From Deltaproteobacteria bacterium (GTDB taxonomy: Bacteria; Desulfobacterota; Desulfobaccia; Desulfobaccales; 0-14-0-80-60-11), in assembly GCA_021817645.1 (NCBI GenBank), contig JAKAGH010000001.1:1-47988 (forward strand): DNA of 47,988 nucleotides, read 5' to 3'. A model generated the notes under the pieces. The model was not told the DNA's origin, ran no database searches, and saw only the letters and a program-made list of their open reading frames with translations. Below are positions 16,480 through 24,013 of the stretch, piece after piece. The translations under genes and the position numbers were made by a program. Position 1 is the stretch's first letter. Each line of letters opens with the position of its first letter.

Positions 16480-16813
16480 ATATCTGCGCCATATCCTTGA
16501 TGAAACCGGATATCTGATCTCTGACAGTAAAGGGTTGAGCAAAGACCGCTTCATGGGCAGCGGGACATTGAAGCGGGCTTTTGTGCGAAGCATTGAGATC
16601 ATCGGCGAGGCCTCGAAGAAAGTTCCAAATGAATTAAAACAAAAATATCCTGAGGTAAATTGGCGTTCAATAGCGGGAATGAGGGATCGTCTCATTCATG
16701 ACTACTTCGGGGTTGACTATGATATTGTTTGGGATGTCGTTCAAAATAAGATTCCAGAACTCCATCAGAAGATAGAGGAGATACTGACCCAAGAAAGGGA
16801 ATGGGGGAAATAG
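16460..16813 (+). CDS. hepT: HepT (DUF86/HEPN) toxin
   Basis: HEPN R-x4-H motif within [11 protein letters not shown]. Length is 117 aa, with a 20-nt overlap with mntA. Confidence 0.85.
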   Translation: MPLSPLEYLRHILDETGYLISDSKGLSKDRFMGSGTLKRAFVRSIEIIGEASKKVPNELKQKYPEVNWRSIAGMRDRLIHDYFGVDYDIVWDVVQNKIPELHQKIEEILTQEREWGK

Positions 16814-16911
16814 CCTCGCAGTTCGAAACCTGGTATCTTGACGCCTGATATTCCGTATTTAACCTGGAACTTCAAACTGAAAACTGACTTCCTACTATAT
16901 ACGGAGGAAAT

Positions 16912-17895
16912 ATGAGCCTTGTCCTGACCGGTCCGGAAGTGATGCAGGTCCTGGACATGGACCTGGCCCTGGCTGCGGCCGAGGAAGCTTTCCGGGCCTA
17001 CGGCGAAGGCCGGGTGAACATGCCCCCCAAGTCTTACCTGACCCTGGAGAAAGGCGATTTCCGGGCCATGTACGGGGAGATCTTTTTGCCGGAGGGCCAT
17101 ATCTGCGGCCTGAAATGGGTCAATGTGCATCCGGGCAACCCGGCCCAAGGCCTGCTCACGGTGATGGCCAAGATTTTGCTGAACGATCCGGACACCGGAC
17201 TGGAGTTCGCGGACCTGGACGGCACCCGCGTCACAGATTTCCGCACCGGCGCCGCGGGGGGAGTGGCCGCCAAATTACTGGCCCGGACCGACGCCGCCCG
17301 TCTGGGGGTCATCGGCGCCGGGGCCCAGGCCCGCACCCAGATAGCTGCGATTCTGAAAGTGCGGGCCATCCAGGAAGTTTTTGTTTTTGACCGCCATCTG
17401 GCGCATTCTCAGGCCTTTGCGGATCATGCCGCGGCCACCCATGGAATCGTGGCCCGTCCTGTTGCCGACGCCGCGGACGCGGTCCGGGAGATGGATATCG
17501 TGGTCACCACCACCCCCAGCAACCAACCGGTGGTCTGGCGGGATTGGGTCTCGCCCGGCACTCATATCAACGCCATCGGCGCGGACGCCGCGGGCAAGCA
17601 GGAGTTGGACCCGGCCATCCTGCAGGCCGCGAGGATCGTGGTGGACGATTGGGCCCAGGCGTCGCACTCCGGCGAAATCAACGTCGCCCTGGGGAAAGGG
17701 CAGATCAAACCGGAGCAGATTTACGGCTCCCTGGGGGAGATCGCGGCCGGGAAGAAGCCGGGGCGCACCGCGCCGGAAGAAATCACCGTCTTCGATTCCA
17801 CCGGCCTGATCATCCAGGACCTGGCCCTGGCTTTTGCCGTCTACCGCCGGGCTAAGGAGCAAGGCCTGGGGCGGGAGATGAATTTTTTGGGCTGA
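16912..17895 (+). CDS. Ornithine cyclodeaminase/mu-crystallin family oxidoreductase (possibly an archaeal-type alanine dehydrogenase)
   Basis: Rossmann motif LGVIGAGAQARTQ. Family-typical segments TDFRTGAAGGVAAKLLAR and INAIGADAAGKQELD are present. Length is 327 aa. Confidence 0.8.
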   Translation: MSLVLTGPEVMQVLDMDLALAAAEEAFRAYGEGRVNMPPKSYLTLEKGDFRAMYGEIFLPEGHICGLKWVNVHPGNPAQGLLTVMAKILLNDPDTGLEFADLDGTRVTDFRTGAAGGVAAKLLARTDAARLGVIGAGAQARTQIAAILKVRAIQEVFVFDRHLAHSQAFADHAAATHGIVARPVADAADAVREMDIVVTTTPSNQPVVWRDWVSPGTHINAIGADAAGKQELDPAILQAARIVVDDWAQASHSGEINVALGKGQIKPEQIYGSLGEIAAGKKPGRTAPEEITVFDSTGLIIQDLALAFAVYRRAKEQGLGREMNFLG

Positions 17896-17951
17896 AAAAT
17901 TTTAGGCAGCGCTCCCAAGCCGTTGGCTGGCCTATTAGATATAAATATTTT

Positions 17952-17989
17952 TTGCGTCTTACCTTGCGCCTTCGCGTCTTGGCGTGAGG
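17952..17989 (-). repeat. Dispersed intergenic repeat, module A, copy a (inverted)
   Basis: The reverse complement reads CCTCACGCCAAGACGCGAAGGCGCAAGGTAAGACGCAA, matching the copies at 19318, 20358, 25130 and 30918. Confidence 0.8.
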
Positions 17990-18035
17990 CCAATCTTTTC
18001 AGAATAAAATAATCAATGTTACCGTTATCAACGCC

Positions 18036-19301
18036 ATGAAATGGTTTGAAAACTTCTTGCCGCTGGGGCCGGGTAAGCCGTCCCGGGATGAGCCCCTGCC
18101 TGCCGCAGAGGATCAATCCGGCCTGGCGGAAAAGATCGCCTGGCTGCTCTTTTGCGCCACTTCCCTGCAGATGATGTTTCTCCAGCCCTCCATCGTGCTG
18201 CTGCCGGGGGAACGCACCAATCTGTTTTCGGCTTCACTGGCCGCCCTGTCCCTGGCCGCGACGGTCTGGGCGGCAAAAAAAGGGGCCTGGTCCCGCAGGC
18301 GGGGGGAGCTGGCCCTGTGCCTGATCCTGACGGCCCTGGTGCTGGCCAGCGGCTTTCTCAGCGCGGTGCCCCGGACCAATACCTTACGGGGCTTCGCACT
18401 CCTGGCCCCCGCGCTGGGGGGATTCTGGGGGGCCAGAATCCTGCTGGCCGCGCCCTTGAGAAAGCGTGCCTTTCTCTTGCTCAGTCTGGTGATGTTAGGC
18501 GTTTTCGTCCTGATAGGCCTGGTCTCCCGGGGGGTGACCGGCCAGATCACCACGGCCATGGATCCCAAATATCACTCCCTGGCCACCAAGGTGATGCTCC
18601 TGTGGTTTGCGCCGCTGGCCCTGCTCTGGGGCCGCTCTCCCCAGAAAATTCTGGGTGTGCTCCTCATTGCCTTGAGTTATCTTCTCCTGCTATTGACCCA
18701 GTTGCGCTCGGCCATGGCTATTCCTTTGATCCTAGGGGGGCTAGCGGTTTTTTTCGGCGGCATGCGCCTAAAATACTTTTTGCTGCTTCTCCTGGCCCTG
18801 TCCGCCATCCTGGTTTATTTCATCCGCCATCTGCCCCCGGAAAGAACCGGCCTGCAATATGAGCCGGCTTACTACCGGGTGGAATACCTGATGTTTTCCT
18901 GGCATATCGCCGCGCAGCATCCCCTTTTGGGCATCGGCCTGCTGACGCCCCGGGAGGAATTTTTGCAGGATTATGCTATAAAATATCCCTACGTGACCCG
19001 GGAGAAGTTTCGCCACTCGCTGCAGGGCATTATCGTCGCCGATAATATGTTTCTGACTTTTATGGTGGGCGTGGGCTTTCCTTTTCTCTTGCTGTATTCC
19101 TTTGCCCTCATCAAGCTCCTGGCCGGATTGGTGAGGATGAGCGGCGCGGGTCCGCCAGGCGGCGGCATTCCTCCCCTGGCTTTATTTTTGCCTCTGGCCG
19201 CGGGAATTTTGACCTTTTTGGTTTATGACCTGCTGCTGCACCCCCAGGTGTGCTGGTTCTTCCACCTGCTGTTGGGGCTGATCCCCCGGAACCGGGATTA
19301 A
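18036..19301 (+). CDS. O-antigen ligase/polymerase-like (Wzy_C-type) polytopic membrane protein
   Basis: 421 aa with about 10 or more hydrophobic spans. It lies at the head of the glycan locus. The family assignment rests on architecture only. Confidence 0.5.
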   Translation: MKWFENFLPLGPGKPSRDEPLPAAEDQSGLAEKIAWLLFCATSLQMMFLQPSIVLLPGERTNLFSASLAALSLAATVWAAKKGAWSRRRGELALCLILTALVLASGFLSAVPRTNTLRGFALLAPALGGFWGARILLAAPLRKRAFLLLSLVMLGVFVLIGLVSRGVTGQITTAMDPKYHSLATKVMLLWFAPLALLWGRSPQKILGVLLIALSYLLLLLTQLRSAMAIPLILGGLAVFFGGMRLKYFLLLLLALSAILVYFIRHLPPERTGLQYEPAYYRVEYLMFSWHIAAQHPLLGIGLLTPREEFLQDYAIKYPYVTREKFRHSLQGIIVADNMFLTFMVGVGFPFLLLYSFALIKLLAGLVRMSGAGPPGGGIPPLALFLPLAAGILTFLVYDLLLHPQVCWFFHLLLGLIPRNRD

Positions 19302-19317
19302 GGGGAAAGACTGTTTC

Positions 19318-19356
19318 CCTCACGCCAAGACGCCAAGACGCAAAGAGAGACGCAAG
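19318..19356 (+). repeat. Dispersed intergenic repeat, module A, copy b
   Basis: CCTCACGCCAAGACGCCAAGACGCAAAGAGAGACGCAAG, lying directly after the stop at 19301. Confidence 0.8.
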
Positions 19357-19411
19357 AAAAATGGATGGGCCGCAGGCCGATGAGAAACCGTCCCGGATTG
19401 ATCCGGTTAGT

Positions 19412-19470
19412 TGGTGGCACAGGCGTCTCGCCTGTGCTGCCGAGGCGGGTGGGGACGAACGCCGCTACGG
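19412..19470 (+). repeat. Dispersed intergenic repeat, module B (hairpin element), copy 1
   Basis: TGGTGGCACAGGCGTCTCGCCTGTGCTG...GACGAACGCCGCTACGG. The stem is GCACAGGCG/CGCCTGTGC. Confidence 0.8.
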
Positions 19471-19507
19471 ATTTGCCATGTCGCCTGGAGAGGCCAACGG
19501 CCCCAAA

Positions 19508-19543
19508 CTTTGAACCTTGAACCTTGAACTTTGAACCTTGAAC
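19508..19543 (+). repeat. Tandem heptamer array, (C/T)TTGAAC x5, abutting the GT2 start codon
   Basis: CTTTGAAC CTTGAAC CTTGAAC TTTGAAC CTTGAAC, then TAATA-ATG. Confidence 0.85.
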
Positions 19544-19548
19544 TAATA

Positions 19549-20337
19549 ATGAGCGACCTGCCCCCCTTCTACGTCATTACCGTAAATTACCATGCGGGGT
19601 CCTATCTGCCGGAGTTCATTGCTTCCCTGGCGGCGCTGCCGTTTCTGAAGCGGTTGATTATCGTCAACCATTCCCCGGAAGAGAGTCTGGCGGCCTTATC
19701 GGCGCCCTTCCCGCTGCAAGTCATCAATCAGAAGAACGCCGGGTATGGCGCGGGCTTAAACCGGGGGCTGCGGGAGATCGGCGAGAAGAACGCCGTGGCC
19801 TTGCTGTGCAATCCCGACCTGGCCCTGGCGACCCCGGCAAAAGTGGCGGAGGCCCTGGCTTATATGGCCGCGCAGCCCCGGGTGGGCTGCCTGATCCCGC
19901 GCTCCGTGACCTTTGAGGGGCAACCTATTCTGGCCTGCCGGGAGTTTTACACCTGGAAGACCCTGCTCGCTGTCAGGATTGGTTTCTTTCGCCGCGTCTT
20001 TGCCGAGCCTTACCGCCGACACCTGATGCTGGATGCTCCGGTTGAGGGGCCCCTGGAAGTGGACTGGGGCTACGGCGCGGCCATGTTTTTCCGGGTGTCT
20101 GCGTTCGGAGGCGCGCCCGCGTTCGACGAAAACTTTTTCCTTTATATGGAGGACGTGGACCTGTGCGTCAATCTCTGGCGGACCGGCCTCTCTGTGGTTT
20201 CCTATCCGGAGGTGCTCTTCCGGCACCACAGCCAGCGGGACAGCACCCGGCGCTGGCGCTTCCTCCGCTACCATCTGGTCAGCCTGGCGAAATTTATCTG
20301 GAAATACCGCGGCCTGCCGCAACGCTCGATCCGGTGA
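19549..20337 (+). CDS. Family 2 glycosyltransferase
   Basis: The N-terminus FYVITVNYH, the NAGYGAGLNRG motif and the acidic motif YMEDVDLC are typical of GT2 (rhamnosyltransferase-like) enzymes. An in-frame TTG at 19531 inside the repeat array is an alternative start. Confidence 0.85.
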   Translation: MSDLPPFYVITVNYHAGSYLPEFIASLAALPFLKRLIIVNHSPEESLAALSAPFPLQVINQKNAGYGAGLNRGLREIGEKNAVALLCNPDLALATPAKVAEALAYMAAQPRVGCLIPRSVTFEGQPILACREFYTWKTLLAVRIGFFRRVFAEPYRRHLMLDAPVEGPLEVDWGYGAAMFFRVSAFGGAPAFDENFFLYMEDVDLCVNLWRTGLSVVSYPEVLFRHHSQRDSTRRWRFLRYHLVSLAKFIWKYRGLPQRSIR

Positions 20338-20357
20338 GGTGAGGCAAGAAAAGTTTT

Positions 20358-20395
20358 CCTGACCCAAAGACGCAAACGAGCAAAGAAAGACGCAA
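20358..20395 (+). repeat. Dispersed intergenic repeat, module A, copy c (diverged)
   Basis: CCTGACCCAAAGACGCAAACGAGCAAAGAAAGACGCAA. Confidence 0.65.
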
Positions 20396-20411
20396 TATTT
20401 TAAGGAATAAA

Positions 20412-20470
20412 TGGTGGCGCAGGCGTCTCGCCTGCGCTGACTCGGGCGGACGAGACGCCCGCCGCTACGA
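20412..20470 (+). repeat. Dispersed intergenic repeat, module B (hairpin element), copy 2
   Basis: TGGTGGCGCAGGCGTCTCGCCTGCGCTG...GACGAGACGCCCGCCGCTACGA. The stem is GCGCAGGCG/CGCCTGCGC and differs from copy 1 by a paired A>G / T>C change. Confidence 0.8.
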
Positions 20471-20529
20471 AATTTTTATAACTTGAGTTGAGCCGAAGGC
20501 TCATATTTAACCACACCAGTTTTTTTTAG

Positions 20530-20546
20530 CGGAAAACGGAAAACGG
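20530..20546 (+). repeat. CGGAAAA heptamer repeat (2.4 units) after a T7 run, directly upstream of AsnB-like 1
   Basis: TTTTTTTAG-CGGAAAACGGAAAACGG-TAATTT-ATG. It is related to the CCGGAAA arm units of the 5168..5213 hairpin. Confidence 0.7.
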
Positions 20547-20552
20547 TAATTT

Positions 20553-22433
20553 ATGTGCGGCATCTGCGGTTTTACCGGGGAATCTGACCCGGCCACGCTC
20601 CAAAAAATGACCCAACGCCTGTGGCATCGCGGCCCGGATGACGACGGCTTTTACCACGATGGCGCGGTGAATCTGGGGATGCGGCGGCTGGCCATCGTCG
20701 ACGTGGAGATGGGGAAACAGCCGCAGTTCAACGAGGACCGGTCCCTGGTGGTGATGCAAAACGGTGAGATCTATAACCACCAGGTCTTGCGGGACGAACT
20801 GGAGCAACGGGGCCACCGCTTCCGCACCCACCACAGCGACACCGAACTCATCCCCCACCTCTACGAGGAATACGGCGAAAACTGGCCGCACCGGGTCAAC
20901 GGCATGTTCGGCGCCGCGCTGTGGGATACTCGGGATAAGAAACTCCTCCTTTACCGGGACCGGATCGGCAAGAAGCCCCTCTACTACGCCGTGAAAAACG
21001 GGCAAATCGTCTTTGCTTCGGAGATCAAGGCCATTCTGGCTCATCCCCTAATTTCCGGAGACCTGGATTACGGGGCCTTGTACCGCTATTTCGCGCTGAA
21101 GAACATCAGCGCCCCCCACACCGCGTTCGCGGACATCCGCCAGTTGCCGCCGGGCCATTTCCTGACCTGGCAATCCGGGCAGATCAAGGCCTGCCGCAGT
21201 TACTGGCAGCCAGATTTCAGTGCGGTCCTGGAGGATATCACCGAAGAGGACGCAGCCCGGCATTTGTTGGAACTCCTACAAGACGCGGTGAAAATCCGGA
21301 TGCAGTGCGATGTGCCTTACGGCGCCTATCTTTCCGGAGGGGTGGACTCCACCGCGGTGGTGGCCTTGATGTGCCAGAACCAGACGCAACCGGTGAAAAC
21401 CTTTTGCCTGGGCTATGAGGATAAGGCGGAAGGCCAGTTTGTGGGCAAATCCCAGGACCTCTATTTCGCCCGCACCATGTCGAAACAATTGGGGACCGAG
21501 CACTATGAATACATCATTAATGCCGCCCAGTTTGCGGAGCAAATGCCTGCAATCATGGCCGCGTTTGATGAGCCTTTTTCCGGCACGGTCTCCACTTTTT
21601 TTCTCTCCATCCTGATTAAACAGCATGTCAAAGTAGCCCTATCCGGAGACGGTGCGGACGAACTTTTCGGCAGTTACCTGGCCCACCGCCTGGCCCTGCC
21701 CCTGGAGCGCTACCTCGGCCTGGCCGCCGGCGGCAAGGCTTCTTGGCAGGACTTGACCGGAACAGAGCGCGGCTCCCTAACCCCTTTTGACACCCCCGAG
21801 CAGTTTGCCTTCCTGCAACGCATCGCCTCTCCCAGCCTGGCGGTCTGGCGCCGCCGCCTGGGAGTCTTCCAGGAAGACGAACTCCAGCAAATGCTGACTA
21901 CGGATTTCTTGCAGCGCGCCGCGAATCCGGGCCAACCGGACCCTTACCAGGAGTTGGAGCCCCGTCTCAGCGCCAGGGATAGCCTGAACAAAAATCTGGA
22001 GCTGGACCAGTTGGAGCTGCTGCCCAACCAGGTCCTGCCCTTTGTGGACCGGCTCTCCATGGCTCATGCCATCGAAGTGCGATGCCCCTATCTCGACTAC
22101 CGCCTCATCGACTTTGCGGACCGGTTGCCAGGGAGGCTGAAGATCAAAAACGGCGTGGTCAAACACCTCCACAAACTCGCGGTCTCCAAACTGCTGCCAG
22201 CGGAGCTGGTGCAGCGCCCCAAGGAAGGTTTTGTGCAGCCCGTTTACTCCTGGATGCGCGGCAGCTTGCAAGACTGGGTGGAGCGCCGCCTGGACGCGCT
22301 CCCAGATAGCGTGTTTAACCGGGACTTTATTGTCAACCTGCGAGGGGCTTTTAGAGAAGGGAAGCCGGGGCTGGAAGCCAAAATTTGGAATTTACTCTGT
22401 TTCGGTTTATTCTATAAGCAGCATGGCCGTTAA
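20553..22433 (+). CDS. Asparagine synthase (glutamine-hydrolysing)-like amidotransferase 1
   Basis: It has an MCGICGF N-terminal nucleophile Cys and the PP-loop YLSGGVDSTAVVALM. Length is 626 aa. Confidence 0.9.
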   Translation: MCGICGFTGESDPATLQKMTQRLWHRGPDDDGFYHDGAVNLGMRRLAIVDVEMGKQPQFNEDRSLVVMQNGEIYNHQVLRDELEQRGHRFRTHHSDTELIPHLYEEYGENWPHRVNGMFGAALWDTRDKKLLLYRDRIGKKPLYYAVKNGQIVFASEIKAILAHPLISGDLDYGALYRYFALKNISAPHTAFADIRQLPPGHFLTWQSGQIKACRSYWQPDFSAVLEDITEEDAARHLLELLQDAVKIRMQCDVPYGAYLSGGVDSTAVVALMCQNQTQPVKTFCLGYEDKAEGQFVGKSQDLYFARTMSKQLGTEHYEYIINAAQFAEQMPAIMAAFDEPFSGTVSTFFLSILIKQHVKVALSGDGADELFGSYLAHRLALPLERYLGLAAGGKASWQDLTGTERGSLTPFDTPEQFAFLQRIASPSLAVWRRRLGVFQEDELQQMLTTDFLQRAANPGQPDPYQELEPRLSARDSLNKNLELDQLELLPNQVLPFVDRLSMAHAIEVRCPYLDYRLIDFADRLPGRLKIKNGVVKHLHKLAVSKLLPAELVQRPKEGFVQPVYSWMRGSLQDWVERRLDALPDSVFNRDFIVNLRGAFREGKPGLEAKIWNLLCFGLFYKQHGR

Positions 22434-22450
22434 AATACAGTTTTTAGTTC

Positions 22451-22480
22451 TTGGTTTTAGTAAAATAATCACAATATAAT
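22451..22480 (+). promoter_or_regulatory. Candidate sigma-70 promoter for the GNAT-rSAM-rSAM unit
   Basis: TTGGTT-18 nt-TATAAT within an AT-rich 115-bp spacer. Confidence 0.3.
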
Positions 22481-22548
22481 TAGTATATTAAATAGATGGT
22501 TTGTTGCCTTTGGTTCGATATGCCGGAAGGGATAAGCGGGGCAATCTG

Positions 22549-23073
22549 ATGATGATGGGCAAAAAGGTGCGGTTGGTCCACCTGGAGAAAGAGGATCTGG
22601 CCAAGTCCCAGGGCTGGGTCAATGACCCGGCAATCAAAGCCCTGATGCTCCGGGTGCTGCCGGTGACTCGGATGGACCAGGAAAAGTGGCTGGAGGACAT
22701 TGCCCGGAACCCCGCCAAGATGGTGTTCGCCATCAAGCTGCTGGGCACCGGCGAGCATATCGGCAACACGGGTTTTTACCAGATCGATTGGCTGCACCGG
22801 CGGGCGGAATTCTGGATCTTGATCGGCGAACGCGGCTCTTGGGGCCAGGGGGTGGGCACCGAAGTGGTGCGGCTCATGCTGCGCTTTGGTTTTGGCGACC
22901 TCAATTTGCACAAAATATATTTGCACGTGGGCAGCACCAACGAACCAGCCATTTCCCTATACAAAAAGCTCAATTTCGCCGTCGACGGGAGGCTCCGGGA
23001 GCACTATTTCCTGGAGGGCAATTATCTCGATGTGCTGGCCATGTCAATTTTAAAAAAAGATTATGCCGGCTAA
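22549..23073 (+). CDS. GNAT family N-acetyltransferase (RimJ/RimL-like)
   Basis: The acetyl-CoA binding motif WGQGVGTEVVRLML and the C-terminal NEPAISLYKKLNF are present. ATG cluster at 22549. Confidence 0.8.
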   Translation: MMMGKKVRLVHLEKEDLAKSQGWVNDPAIKALMLRVLPVTRMDQEKWLEDIARNPAKMVFAIKLLGTGEHIGNTGFYQIDWLHRRAEFWILIGERGSWGQGVGTEVVRLMLRFGFGDLNLHKIYLHVGSTNEPAISLYKKLNFAVDGRLREHYFLEGNYLDVLAMSILKKDYAG

Positions 23074-24013
23074 AAGTGACCATCGCCGCGCGGACCGCAC
23101 CGCCGAGGCCGAGGATTTCCCCCGGGTGATCCTCCTCGATAATTGCAACGCCTGCAATCTGCGCTGCTCCATGTGCGACCACCAGAACGTCAAGAAGTTC
23201 CGGAAAATCCAGCTCATGGATTTTAAGTTGTATCAGCGCCTCATCGACGAGATTGCCCGGGAAAACCCCGGAGCCCGGGTCTGGGAGATTTTCTTCGGCG
23301 ACCCTTTCATGTGCCGGGATATGGCGGAACGCATCCGCTACGCCAAGGAGCAAGGATTAAAGGACGTAGTACTCAACTCCAACGGCGTGCTGATGACCGC
23401 GCGCCGGGCCCGGGCCGTAATCGAGGCCGGGCTGGACGCCATGTACGTGGGCATCGACGCGGCCACGGAGGAGACTTACAACCGTATCCGGGTGGGTGGG
23501 GATTTCTCCAGGGCCGTGGCCCAGACTCTGGGATACCGGGACTTGCTCTTAAAGTATGGTACGGACCGGCAGAAATTGTTCGTCCAATTCGTGGTGAGCG
23601 AACTTAATGAAAGCGAAGTGGAGAGCTTCACCGCGTTCTGGAGCCGGGCGGGGGTGAACGTCAAGATCCGCCCCAAAGTGAGTTGGGCCGGTCTGGTGGA
23701 GGCCAACAATCTCCAGGCCAACGCCGCGCTGGAGCGCCGCCCCTGCTACTGGCTGATGCAGACCATCAATATCTGCGCGGACGGGGAGGTGGCCCTGTGT
23801 GCGGTGGACGTTCACTGCCGGGTGAAGTGCGGCAATGCCCGGGAGCATACTATCAAGGAATTGTGGCATGCCCAGCTGCAAGAGTATCGCCGCCTCCATA
23901 AAGAAGGCCGCTTCGACGCCCTGCCGGAGATGTGCCGGGAGTGCCCGGACTGGCAATCCGGCTATGCGGACTATGTCCAATCCCAACCCCAAGCGCAAGC
24001 AGGATGTTCATGA
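23063..24013 (+). CDS. Radical SAM protein with a SPASM/twitch-like Cys-rich C-terminus (paralog 1)
   Basis: CNLRCSMC gives the CxxxCxxC cluster. The C-terminus reads CYWLMQTINICADGEVALCAVDVHCRVKCGN...CRECPDW. It overlaps the GNAT stop by 11 nt. Confidence 0.85.
   Translation: MPAKSDHRRADRTAEAEDFPRVILLDNCNACNLRCSMCDHQNVKKFRKIQLMDFKLYQRLIDEIARENPGARVWEIFFGDPFMCRDMAERIRYAKEQGLKDVVLNSNGVLMTARRARAVIEAGLDAMYVGIDAATEETYNRIRVGGDFSRAVAQTLGYRDLLLKYGTDRQKLFVQFVVSELNESEVESFTAFWSRAGVNVKIRPKVSWAGLVEANNLQANAALERRPCYWLMQTINICADGEVALCAVDVHCRVKCGNAREHTIKELWHAQLQEYRRLHKEGRFDALPEMCRECPDWQSGYADYVQSQPQAQAGCS

Noticed and set aside
12655-16813. Hemerythrins, ade and HepT/MntA as a bounded genomic island or mobile element
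   Set aside because: No integrase, transposase, tRNA target or flanking direct repeats are visible. Only the composition shift and accessory-type content support the idea, so it is not called a mobile element.
19250-19513. 87-aa ORF (..TPRRQDAKRDARK..WWHRRLACAAEAGG..)
   Set aside because: It is simply the translation of repeat modules A and B in the spacer. The same peptide-like strings appear wherever the repeats occur, in either orientation.
19508-19543. Tandem repeats considered as a CRISPR array or minisatellite
   Set aside because: The units are 7-8 nt with no spacers, so this is not CRISPR. It is reported instead as a short tandem repeat.
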